A DNA stretch of 63,815 nucleotides, the filler included, from Corallochytrium limacisporum Hawaii (lineage: Eukaryota > Protista > Pluriformea), in NCBI GenBank assembly GCA_002811645.1. It is 5 parts of 5 records of this genome, joined end to end, with 100 filler letters (N's around TTAATTAATTAA, not from the genome) between each part and the next. Parts side by side here need not be neighbours in the genome. Positions count along the whole stretch, not along the records: positions 1 to 21,390 come from PDIP01000267.1; positions 21,491 to 44,355 come from PDIP01000176.1; 3 more parts are not named here. The stretch is one strand, 5' to 3'. The position numbers and the translations under genes were made by a program. Position 1 is the first letter of the stretch. Each line of letters opens with the position of its first letter. Under the pieces are notes generated by a model. It worked only from the letters and a program-made list of their open reading frames with translations, did no database searches and had not been told where the DNA came from. Of the stretch, positions 13,001-25,100 are shown piece by piece.

Positions 13001-16000
13001 NNNNNNNNNNNNNNNNNNNNNNNNNNNNNNNNNNNNNNNNNNNNNNNNNNNNNNNNNNNNNNNNNNNNNNNNNGGGGCGGGGGTCTTTCCAGCTGAATTG
13101 CGGCAAATGATGGGTGTCAATTTTTCATTCATTTATTATTACTTTGTACCCTCTTAAACAAATGTAGTAATCTTCGTACGGTAATTCCTTGAATACACTC
13201 TGCTCAGTACAATAGCAAGTACCAGCACAGGGTGTCCTAGCAGGTGTATTGGCCTTTGTATGTGCCTGAGTTGTCCCAGGAGGGAAGGGGGGGGGAGAGT
13301 TCAGATGGACGCGGGTGGGTTTTTAGGGCCCTATTCTGTGTAAGGGAGCCCTATTCTTTTTCACTCTTCACCACCAGCACTGTCCCCCCCCTTTTTCTTT
13401 CTCTCCATTTTTTTTGCTTCCTCCCAATTCTTGGGTAATCGATCCTAGATCCCATCCCCTCTCCCCGCTCATCCGCGACTTCCACGAGTTTTCCCTCTTC
13501 CTTCTGGACACTCATCCATTTTTCCGGTCCTCCCCTGTCTTCCCCATCACCAACCATGGACGCAGAGTCATATAAAGTGACGGCGATTCACTCAGGAAAT
13601 TTGGGAAGTGGGTTATTGTTCGACAGGGCCAGAAGAGACGAGGTGGCGGGGGCCAGAGCCTGAAGAAAGGCGGCAGGAGGCACAGAAAGCGCTTTTTTTT
13701 AGGTGTATGAGGTAGTCTGGACTTATGATCGTTGAGAGGAAATGGGGAGAGGAGGAGGGGGGACCGGAGAATTCCGATGGTAATTTTCTGATACTCCTCC
13801 TGTGCTCCTCACAACTATTCTCAGTCATGGCACAGAGAAGCATTCAAAAACGATAGCAGAAACAATGTATCATGTTATCATATGGTATCGGTTCATAGGG
13901 GTTTAGTTGTAGCAAAGTTAGGTGCTACATATTGAACCGCGAGCCTACAAAACGCCTTGAAATATAAGGCGAAAGATATTACGCCACGGAATACAACTGA
14001 GATGCACACGGTGGGATGTGTGTCTCATACGCTTGACGTGGAGTCGGCTGTATGCGTACCCTACCTGCGGGTGTATACGTGGACATGAGATTTATTCGGT
14101 TTATTGTATTGTACAGCTCGGGGACCATGCCCATCGGTTCTTTCTGCTGCATGCTGTGTGTTGTGTCAGATGATGGCGGGAACAGATTACGATGTGGGCT
14201 GTGTTTACAATTTTGTCGCCTTGCTGCCGATGGAGTGGAATACAGTTCTACGTAGGGCAGTCACGATTATTCTTAGAAAACTGATATGCCCTTGAGCGAA
14301 GCAGGGAGCGAGACAACAATCCGAATATCGAACGCTACCAATCTCCGCAGGGGTTGTGCGGCGGCGGGTTTCATGTTTAGTGATGCAGTAGTACCACTTG
14401 TAGTTGTTCAATATTCTACTTTGCTCGAGACCCTCAGCTGTGGACCTACAAAAAACATATGGAGTTGACAGGGTGCGGGTGTGGAGACGGCGACTATTGG
14501 AGGTATAGAGCAAGCAGGACTCCTTCACGATCTCCGCATCATCAACAACAAAGCATAAACATGACAGCTTCGTGCCAGCGATAGATACATAGGGAACAGC
14601 AACACTAAATAGTAAGGTGTGAGACACGAACTACTGATACTACAGAAATTGGGGGTAATCACTTCGACTTGCTAACAGACAAGGTACCATGCTGAATCCT
14701 TCTGAGTGAACTTCAAATATTGTTTAATTGCGCCTCTCCATCAATCACTGCTGCCAACCTGGGCTTATGGTCTATGGATATGGCTGTAACAGCATGAGTG
14801 CTCCTTCCGTTTAGATAGTTGTTGGGTAGTGAAGCAGTGCAACGGTTTGGTTTGGGAAGCAAAAATGTGAGCATGCCGCCACGTTCACATGCGGAGTCGC
14901 TTCGCCTCCAGCGCACACTACGGAGCGCACCCGGGGCGATACACAATACACACAAGCCATACGCCCCTTCCCAATTATCGTTCGCCCACTTGCCCCACGC
15001 TCCTCTCTCCTGGTTCACAGAGCCAACATATCGAAAAGGCAGGAAAATACTGCAACGGTCCGAATAAAGAATTTTTTTGCTGTTACTTTACTTTTTTGGG
15101 CAAAGCATTGCATTCCCGGGTCGCTGCTTGGAGCAAGTGGGGAAACAGTTCTCAGCGATTCCTCCCTAGAGGGGAACAGTAGGGTCTGGAACGAGGTACG
15201 CGGATCGATTTCTCTGATGACTTTGGGAGACCAATTCACGAGTACCAAGTGCAACTTTTGAGAAAAATCTTCTGTGTCGGGTTGAGCCCCTCGTCCTCCC
15301 CCTCTCACCACCTCACCGCAGACCGACAACCCCCCCCCCTTCCTGGGGGCTTTCCGCTCTCATTCCACTACTGACCGCTTGGGGAGAGTTCTAGTGAATA
15401 CCAAGCCAAGGAAAGGAGTGCGCCGCTGATCGGGAAAATTTTGTAACAGTGGGCCATTGCAGCGGCAGATACCGGTTCGCACATTAGTGCAAGTGTGGAG
15501 CGATTCAGTCGTCGTGAGCTTCCGGAGAGTGCCCATAGCTAAAGTCATGGGGGTGGGAGGGGTTCAAGCAAAAAAAAAATAAGGTGAGAAAAAAGTCTAG
15601 AGCGGAACCTGACCAGGATAAAGTGCAAGGGCAAGGGAAGATTCCCCCCCCTCTCTCTCCGGACCCCGGGAATGGGGGGGATGCGTGGGGGAGGACGAAG
15701 GGAAGGGAAGGAGAATAGGACAGAGGGGGGAAAGGGTGGTTTCCCTCGCAGGAGCGCATTTGTAAGGGGAGGAGAAGGGGGGGGAAAGGGTAAGAAAAAA
15801 ACTTTCAAAAAAAAATAGAGGGAGGAGAGAGGCTCCTGCCCCACCAATAATCCTCAGCGACAACCCGTGGTTTCCCTAAGGGAAGGTCCCCCCTGTTTTC
15901 TTCCACTCCAGGGTTTCAAAAGTTGTGGTGCCGCCACCTGGTGCATTGGGTTATGTTTGTCGTCGTGGTTCTCCTTTCCCCCTTAGCTGCTCTCCGAGGC

Positions 16001-16197
16001 CATTGCTTTTGCTTTAATTCATTAATCGATGTGTTTTGCTGGGAACACACATGTAAGCAATACGATAAGTTAAAGCTACTTCAGCTATGTCATTCGCTGC
16101 TTCGCGGGAACGGCGACTTTGCCGAGATCCATAAATCAACGATCAATTCAGAATAGAGAGACAGACACGGAGCAATTTAATTGCTACATTAGAATCA

Positions 16198-17688
16198 ATG
16201 TCTACTGATGTACAGAAACCCATGACAGAGCAGCTTGGTGGTGAGGATCGGGTCCCACAGCCCGTTTCTCGCACCGTCAGCGACAGCAAGGCCGCTGACG
16301 ATGCCTCCTCGGTGGAGACCTGCTCTGCTGCCTCTGTAAAGACCGGAGGTACAATGCATGTAGGAGATGACTTCCGCAACAAGGACGAGGGTGGTAGCCG
16401 TAGTGCTTACCCGAATTATATTTCCGAGCAACTGGAGGAGTACTTCCAGGAGAATGGTGGAGCACGTATGATGATCTGCCCCACTGTGGTAAAGAAAATT
16501 GCAGAAAAGGTTGGACTTCAAAATATTAGCCGAGTCAAGAACTGGTTGTACAATCGCCGTTCGAAGGAGCGTCGTCGCCTCGCTGTTACTGCCCCGCAGT
16601 CCAATGAGTCCGTACAGAAGCCAAAGCTCTTTGCACCACCCCACGCAGCGTGGCGTGGTGCTCCTCCGAGCCTGCCTAACCCCCCGCACTCACGGTCTTA
16701 CGAGTCCGGACCTCCGGCGCCTCCGTACTTTGCTTCTGGTGCGGCTGAGCAGCCTCGGCCTTACATGGCCTCCCCACAGACAGCCATGCCTCGTGACACT
16801 TGGCTGCGCTGCCCGGACGGGATGACCGTGGACCTTTCACGACCACTCACCGCTGCCCCTTCTCCGGCCGTGGTGTCCTCCATGCGCCTGGAGATTCTCC
16901 GTCTGCGTGAACAGTTAGAACATGGTACTTTCAAGCAACCCAGCTACTATGAACTGCCTCGTCCTGCTGTACAGTCAGAATGGCAGGGATCACCACAGCA
17001 GCCCCCTCAGCAGGCACCGCAGAGTACTCCCCGTCAGCACAATCACAACGCAAGCCCAGAAGGTGCCCAGTACACTGAGTCACTGTACTCTGGGCCTCAC
17101 AGCCCAAACAGCCTGCAGTCTCCCCGCTTGGAAGAGGCTCAGGCTAGTCTGATCCCTATGCTGGACCAGATGGTGGGATGTTTGGCATCCAAGGTCACTG
17201 AAGCTGTTTGGATCGACTGCAAGACTGGTGTCGACCGTCCGCTGACCGTAACCACCAAGCTGGCTCGCCATCAGCTTGACGCACTGGTGGGTGGATGGCC
17301 GCTGGAGCACAACACTGAGGCATCTCACCTTGACATTGTTGGCGAGGGCAAGGTTGAGACCTTCCTGCGCCATCGCTTTAAGCAGTCCAACACCATCTTC
17401 CTGCGCTCTTACAATGTGGCTCACGTCGATGCCGACCTCTCCATGGCCTCATCCACTGTGCAGGGCCTGATGATCCGTAGCATCAACGTTGTCTACGTAC
17501 ACGCCTCTGGCGAACTGACCTTGCGCTTCGCCTGCGCCAGCGATGGGCGTCCCGTACAGGAGCCTGCCTCTGCAACACCCGCCACGCAGCAGCAGCCTCC
17601 TCAGCAGGCCCCGGCACAGCCACCGCAGCAGCAGCAGCAGCAGCAGCAGCCGCCTCAGCCTCAACCGCAGCACCACCAGCCCAGTTGA
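16198..17688 (+). CDS. Atypical homeodomain transcription factor with Pro/Gln-rich regions and an unrecognised C-terminal globular domain
   Basis: 496-aa ORF. ISEQLEEYFQEN...KKIAEKVGL...RVKNWLYNRRSKERRR matches homeodomain helices 1-3 (WFxNRR-like). Poly-Q is encoded by CAG runs near 17587-17660. Confidence 0.85.
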   Translation: MSTDVQKPMTEQLGGEDRVPQPVSRTVSDSKAADDASSVETCSAASVKTGGTMHVGDDFRNKDEGGSRSAYPNYISEQLEEYFQENGGARMMICPTVVKKIAEKVGLQNISRVKNWLYNRRSKERRRLAVTAPQSNESVQKPKLFAPPHAAWRGAPPSLPNPPHSRSYESGPPAPPYFASGAAEQPRPYMASPQTAMPRDTWLRCPDGMTVDLSRPLTAAPSPAVVSSMRLEILRLREQLEHGTFKQPSYYELPRPAVQSEWQGSPQQPPQQAPQSTPRQHNHNASPEGAQYTESLYSGPHSPNSLQSPRLEEAQASLIPMLDQMVGCLASKVTEAVWIDCKTGVDRPLTVTTKLARHQLDALVGGWPLEHNTEASHLDIVGEGKVETFLRHRFKQSNTIFLRSYNVAHVDADLSMASSTVQGLMIRSINVVYVHASGELTLRFACASDGRPVQEPASATPATQQQPPQQAPAQPPQQQQQQQQPPQPQPQHHQPS

Positions 17689-20229
17689 TGACCGCTGGAA
17701 CAAGTCTTTTGTTATTTTGTTGACCCACATTTTTTTGTACACTGCATTTTTCCATAGTGAATCCCACGTCCCATCCCGCAACTTACACAAGAATGCTCCA
17801 TCGTAAGGCTATGCACTTAGTTCTTCTATCAACAGCACACACGCAACAACTACTACCACTCAAGCCTAAAGAATTTTTTTAATAATAATAATTCTAAGTA
17901 AATCATTAAAGAAACAATTATATTTCTTTCGTAACCCCAGTGGCCATCCAACGACAAATCGCTGTGCCGTGTTCACATTGTGATTTTTCCTTTTTTCATG
18001 GTTTCATTGCTTCCTCATTATTCACCCCGTACTGGGGCCGTGAAGTCTATTTTCGAAAACTGACTCCCCCTGCCACCGTTCCGAAAAGAGTCGGGTGTGA
18101 AAGGCGGATGGGCTAAGTCTGAGACCAGGGGAGGGCCTTGTGTGTGGTCGGTATTGTACGAGTGTGGGTGTCGGCCTGGCAAGCCTTCATACAATAAGTA
18201 TCCATTCGGGTCGCCGCTAACATCGCAACGTGGACTGATTTAAGATCACACTTCAAGAAGACCAAAGGGAATTTGCAGTGGGCCATTCAGGGGTTTATCG
18301 ACGCCCAGTGGTCAGAACCCGCTGATGGTCAAAATGTCCTAGCCAGAATTGATGTGTGTGTGCTTTGTGGGTAACCCCATCTATCGGGCGATACTTGCTC
18401 CACCTTCCTAATATCCCTGAGAGTGCAGAGGTTGTACGCAGCCATAAGTGGAAGCATGGGAATGAAGAATCAGCTGCTTGCGACCATGAAAAGAGAACAT
18501 CAGCGTCGTCAACATCCACCTACATTAGTGCTCCTGACTTCCCTGTTTGGTTTTGGTATTTTTCGTGTACAGGGTTTCCTGCCCAAGGGATGTCTTGTTA
18601 CTCATGGTGATGTGATGCTTTGACCAGTATTACTGATCGAAATCCACTGCGCTGTGAATATGTCGTCAATTTCACCTTTTCTGCGCAACGTTCTGATCTG
18701 GACGTTCGTCAACACTGTTCATTTACCTGTCAAGGCTTTTCCTGTAGCTGATGCGTGTAACCTGCTCGCGTCCAGCGCACATAGATGTGATAAGACCAGT
18801 TGTTTCCTGAAAGCGGCAGAAAGTGATGCCAGGCAAGCGGCATTTCTCAAGCATGTGATTGCCTTTGATTTCGTTGCTCAGTGAGACAGTGTGTCTGATA
18901 CTATATGTGATTGTCCTGCAGTTGAGGGAGGAAGGGGATGTTCTCTGGCACTACGTGGATATCTGTTTCTGTCTCTCATGACTCAGAATCTCTTAGGAAT
19001 CTTAAGAGGTCTATTGACAGACTGTTGCGCTGTCCGGCTTCTTGTGGTGCGTCGTCCCGATTCCTGCTGGCGAGGATTTTCAGTCTGCAACTCTGCTGTA
19101 GAAACACTGCTCGAGGGGGTGCTGCGTCTCTCCGAAAAGTCCGAGCAGGCGGCTTAATGGGATTTATGGGGCCCCCACCTTTCTCCGGTGCTGGCTCTAG
19201 CATTTCGGAGAATGAGGGAAAACACAACACGGACACTTTACCCCGGGCTGCAGTCAAACCACGGGACAAAGCGCCGGACCGTTGTTTGTGGTTAGACAGA
19301 GTCAGCCTTCGACACTGCCAAGAAAAAAATATTCCACAAAACTCCAGAACGTGAATGGTGCTGCAATTTCAGGAAAACCAAGTGCAATGCATCAACACCA
19401 ACCTCTTAATTCTCTTTCCACTGCATCTGTACGGCAGGGCGGGCTTCCTCCTCGGGGTGACTGGTGGCTGGCGCATGGTGGAAAGAGGAGAGGCAGCCAC
19501 AACCCTGACAATTGGAAAGGGGAGGGAAGAAGAGGAAAGGGGGAGGGGTGCGGAGGCGATTCCTCAAAGTAAAGCAATGGGGCCAATATCCTTTAATTGC
19601 AAAGCATTACCTTATTGTGCATTTTGTATGACTACAGGTGGGCTGTCTGCTATCTCTTTGCTTTTCTTTTTTGTTCCCCTTAACGGTTTTGCTGAATCGC
19701 CCGCCTTCCTGGCCAAGTGCGTAGGTCATTTTTGGGCAACGGAAGAAAGGAGCTTTACCGAGGGCCACGTTTCAACGTTTGGTGCACATGAAGCCAAATA
19801 CCTGTACTAAACACCGACAGTTTTGACGGTAAAATAGAGTGTATGGTGCCAATAGTGCACTTGCGATCAGTATGATGTGGGATTGCTTCGTACTCAACTT
19901 CCTCTTCTCGTTCTCTGAGCTTGTTCCACTTGTCAACAGTAGGCACACCAGTAGGTCATACTGGCCATATCGCGCCCCATTCATTCTTCCGCCCCGGCTC
20001 AGTCGGTCAGCGAAGTTTCCAATTCGGTTTCGCCACCTACGACGGTTTTCTCCGGGAATGTCTCGTTTCATAATGAATCGGTATCGCTTTCAGTGTGGGA
20101 TTGTCTGTTGTCTCTTTTTTTCGTCCACGTTTTCGTTCGTGTGATAAATTTGCGATCTGCATCATATCAAAGCCATAATTGCTTAAATTGCAATGGAGAC
20201 GGACGGGACATCCGCAGAAGTGGATACTT

Positions 20230-20720
20230 TGACTCCATTCATGAGACCGTTGTGTGTGTGTGGTGCGACATCTATCGGACGATATTGATGGGCACTCTGT
20301 GGGTCATGTCTCCGGAAATGCCTTGTGGACGTTGCGCTTCACAGAAATCAGTGAGCATGTACCAACCATGTAAGGTTTCTCGGAGCGGTGCATGGTCCAA
20401 TACTTCGACGTTTCAAGATACTTGAAGTGCAACGTGTTTCTGGCCACTTGGAGAGCAGATATGTAGCACCGTAGCCGCATGTGCGATCACCATCATCATA
20501 CACCCATTTCGTCCGCACAGTGATTGTAGATTTAGATGGGATGTCCCCCGGCAAAATGGGGGGGGCCGCTTTTGGTTGGCACATTCAGGAAGAGGGATGG
20601 GTGGCTGTGGCGACGTACCCGTGCCCTGCAGCGAGCACTCCGGTTCAACTCCTACAAACTGTGTAGGCGAAAATATCCAAAACAGGGGCAGGATGAAGAA
20701 AAGAGTGAAAGAAGATGCTG
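20230..20720 (+). pseudogene. Possible decayed CRAL-TRIO/Sec14-like gene fragment
   Basis: Broken-frame fragments IY..DIDGHSV and TVIVDLDGMS...ATYP resemble CRAL-TRIO motifs (G.DK.G.PV; IxDLxG.S; YP). There are multiple stops. Confidence 0.18.
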
Positions 20721-21390
20721 ATCTGTCATTTCAGGTTGAAGTTGTGCCTTTTCTGTATTCGATAGCTGTGCAGCGAAGGAGGACATCCTGTACGTATTGG
20801 TTGGAATTAGGGAGCCGGAAAGGCTAGCCATCCACACCATGACGTCCCCGCCGCCCGCCTCACATCCCAAAACAACGGACGTGCAGTTCGACGCCCCTGG
20901 TGGGTTCGCTGCGCCCAGCTACACCCACCCATCTGTGGCCGAAATGACCAAGCGAAAAAATATCAGCAGAGGCCAGCTAAGGATGCGAACATGGTACTCT
21001 ATCTATGTCTGTGGATAAGAAGAAGCAACTGACGTAAGTTTTTCATCTGGTATTTTTGCGTTGGGCGGTGGGGAACCCTGGAGAGCCCGCAGAATGGCCA
21101 ACCGTACAAACCGCCGCTTAGTCGTCGCCTCAAACATACCCACAGAGTTGCAGTAGTGAAGAACCAAGAACCTCAGCACAAAAGTGTGAATATTAAGCGA
21201 TTTTCTTCAAAGAAATGAAAAAAGTTGGATTTCGTGTGGGTGGCCACACTGGGCGACAGGGTCGGTGATCCTTGACCACCAAGCTCAACACCCCAACGTT
21301 CCCAGTCCCTGCCTCTCCTCTCCGAAACTCAAAATTGTTTTCTTCACCGCCGTGCACTGCGCATATTTTGAGCGTCCCCGCCGGTATGGG

Positions 21391-21490
21391 NNNNNNNNNN
21401 NNNNNNNNNNNNNNNNNNNNNNNNNNNNNNNNNNTTAATTAATTAANNNNNNNNNNNNNNNNNNNNNNNNNNNNNNNNNNNNNNNNNNNN
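21391..21490. other. Artificial scaffold-joining linker
   Basis: N44 + TTAATTAATTAA (stop codons in all six frames) + N44. Confidence 0.95.
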
Positions 21491-22134
21491 CACGAATTGT
21501 GCAAATTTTTGTTGAACACCGGTTTTTCGAAATTCTGCACTTTTTTATTGAACAGAGGTTGGTACGTTTTACCCTAGGGTACCAAAGTCCGCCGTCATCG
21601 CCGGAGATGCTGCGCGGGTCACGCGCGGTAGAATCAACAATGAACTTTAGTTTTCATGGAATGTTTGAAGTTTACGGTGTCGGTATATGATGCGCTGATG
21701 GAATATTGCGACTTAGGACGCAATGCAAATCGAAATGCGCTCAGGTCGCAAGCGGCACCACTAGTAGCCATCGGTCCGTCCCAACGGAGTGGGAGCGGCG
21801 GCTGTTTCCGCTCTCGCTGTTCTGTGTCATTAGCAGAGATGGAGAGGTGCGATAAAGGGAACAGGAACTTTTGGCTTACTACGGTATCCGCATGCACCCA
21901 CAGGGTAGCAGAATAGGAAATTCGTGACGACAATGAAGATGCATGGGGTTGGTGATGATGGTGCTTATGCGTTTTAAGCTGTCTTTCGTGTCTTTTGTGT
22001 AGGATATGCTTCCTCAAGGACGCAAATGTCTGAGAAGATACCGCTCTGCAATGGGTGGATTGGCGATAAGGATTTTCAGTCTTTTTTGGGGGCCCTGGGT
22101 TCAATGGATTCGCATTCTCTGTTCGAGAGAGCAC

Positions 22135-25100
22135 TCAGTTGGCCGTACCCAAAGGCTGCCGCTGGCGACGTTTCGCAGCATGTGTCGCACCTTTTCCACT
22201 GCCAACAAGGTCCAAGTTTTCTTTGGTGGCAGGAGAGCTGGCTGCTGACGATGCAGCAGCATGGCGCGCGACAGTGGAGACACCATTAACCAGCTTGGTT
22301 CGGAAGAGCACGTTGGCATGGTTGAACATGCCTTCCTTAAGACTGACAACAACGAACTGGGAGTTGCTAAAGTGGCGCTTTAGCATACGACCAATGTTCT
22401 GAGTGTGCGACAGATCAAGGGCGGCGTCGACCTCGTCGAGAATGTACACGGGAGCTGGATTGAAGCGCAGAAGGGCGAGGATGAAACTCAGGGCCACTAG
22501 GGAGCGCTGCCCACCACTGAGTTCTGTGAGACTCTCCTTCCACTTGCCGTTGAAAGCAACGCGGAATTCGAGGCCGTCCATGGCACTGGTTGACCCTTCG
22601 GGGGGCATCAGCGCGGCGGTGACACCAGGCAAAAGGCTCTCCATGATCGAACCAAAGTCTTTGCTGACAGTAGTCTGGGTACGTTCCACGGCGTCGCGTT
22701 TTTTGCGGTTCAGATCCTCGATGGCATGCTCAATCTTCTCTTTGTCCTCCTGGACCTTGGCGTAGCGGGACTTCAGCTCACGACATTCCTTCTCGGTTTT
22801 CTCCAATGTGGCATACACAGAGCGGTTGATTTTACCCTCAAGGTGGCGCTGTTTTTCCTCCAGGGCACGCAAGCGCTTGCTGGCCTGCTTCGGGTTGTAC
22901 CTTGTGTAGTCGTAGTCCGAACCCTCTTGTCCAAAGAGTGGCAGATCCTCCACAACCCACGGGTGCTTACTCTCCAGCTCCCGTGCGGTGGACTGCAGGT
23001 CCTTCTGGTGCCGCTCATTCTCCTTGATCTGCTCATGTAGTTTCTCGAGCGTGTGTCTGTCCTTGTCCTGTTGCTTACTACGACGGTGTGACTCCTGTTG
23101 AAGCTTCTGAATCTCATCGTCCATGGCAGCAGTTTTGGCGCGCAGGTCCGTCAGAATCTGTTCCTTGGTCTCGAGGTCCTCCTGGCACGTTTCCACGGCC
23201 TCAAGCAAACCCGCATGTCGCTTCTCGGTCTCTGCAACCATGTCTTTGCCTTTCTGCACATCCTCCTCGGTGGCCAGCTCGTCAGTACGTAGAGTCTCAA
23301 GCTCCAGTTTCATTTCATTGAGTTGGTCGCGAGCGACCTTTAGTTCCTTCTGGCTCTTGTCCGCCTCCTTCTTGGCTGCAGCAACGTCCTTCTTGAGCTG
23401 GGCAAGCGTCTCTTCGCGACTGCCGCTCATGGCGTCGATACGCTCCTGTGTGGCAGTGACCTCGTCCTTGGCCTGCGCCAACAGCTCGGCATCCCGTGCC
23501 AGAGCCGCCTGGTCATCGTCAATTGCTCTTTGCAGGTCTTCAACCTCCTGCAGCACTGCGTTGTCCGCAGAGCCCGCAAGCTCCGCCTGCAGGCGTGTCA
23601 GTTCATCCTGTGCGGCACTGAGACGATCCTGGGCCGCCTCCAGCGCAGCGGAACCTTCCTCTGCCGCGTTCAGACTGTCCTCAATCTTCTGTAGGGCTTG
23701 CTGCACGATGGCGAGGTGGGCCTGCTCCGACTGCAGGTCAGCAAGGCAGGACAGCATACCGGAGCCACCAGGAGCACTGCCACCTGTCAACGTACCACTG
23801 GGGTCGAATTCCTCACCATCCAGAGTGACCGTGCGGGCCATGACTTGCGGATGGAAGGCAACGCGTTGGGCAGCGTTCATATCTCGCGCCACCAAGGTCG
23901 TACCAAAGATGAACTGCATTGCAGGTTCCAACTCAGCGTCGTAGCCGACCAGGGACAGTGCGGTATGAATGTTCTCTTTACCAACCTCCTGCTCAGCAAC
24001 GGCTATTTGCTTGGCAGAAAGACTGCGCTTGGCAACGTCGTCAAGGGGAATGATCGTAACGCGCTTCTTCAGCTGACCGTGCTTCAATAGCTTCTTGCCA
24101 GTGTCGACGGTGTCGACAATCACATTGTACAGACGTCCACCGGCGGCAATTTCCAGGGCCAAATTGTGCTCCTTGCTCTGCACTGTCACAAGTTGGGCAG
24201 CCCGTCCCTTGACTCTTGATCGATCGAACCCGCGTTCCGGGTCCTTGTACTCGAATTGAATGGCTCGCAGGCGTGAATTCAGAGTTTCCATGCGTTCCTG
24301 GATGGCTTCCAGTTCGGTAGTCTTCTGGGTCCGTTGGCGCTGTAGTGCGCGGACGTCGACGGCGTTGTGATCCTGCTGCGATTGGCTCTGCGCCTGACTC
24401 AGGCCATCAACCTCAGCCTGCAGAGCCTTAATGTCCTCCTCACGCTTGGCTATGGCAGTGCGGACCTTGTCGAGCTTCTTGGAGGATGCACCAGCCTTCT
24501 TCTGGGCCTTCTCCAGGGCCTTCTTGGCACGAGTAGCCTTCTGCTCAGTGCGGACCATAGAGGTCTCGAGATCAGCGACACGACTCTTTGCCTCCATCAG
24601 TTCCGCCATCATGGTTTTGCCCTTGCCAGCCTCATCCACACCAACAGTAGCACTTCGGTACTGCTGCTGCAGACGCTCATATTTTTCGACTTTGGCCAAA
24701 TTCTCCGCATCCTTGGTCCTGGATTGCTCCGTGGTAGTGTCAATCGCATCAGATTTTTCCTTCTGTTTCTGGTGGACCTCCTCAAGAGCCGCAATTACTT
24801 TCGTCAGGTTTTTGCGCTCTTCGTCCAGGTCCTTAGCACCCTGATCAGCGGCCGTCTTGGCCTCGACCAGCTTTCGACCGGCACTCTCGACGGCAGACTC
24901 AGCGTCCTTCAACTCACCACCGCTTTCCATGTCACGCTTCTGCTCAGCAGCCTTGATCTGGGTGGCGAGATCAGCTACTACAGTCTCTGCGTCCGCAATT
25001 TCACGCGTGATCTGGTCCCGACGGCTCTTGGACTGGTCAATCTCTTCCAGTTTGCTTGAAAGTTCTTTCGTTTTAGTGAGATACGCATAGCTCACCACCA

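Noticed and set aside
21435-21446. Recurring TTAATTAATTAA palindrome (also 44400, 56341, 62713)
   Set aside because: Artificial six-frame-stop linker, always flanked by exactly 44 Ns.
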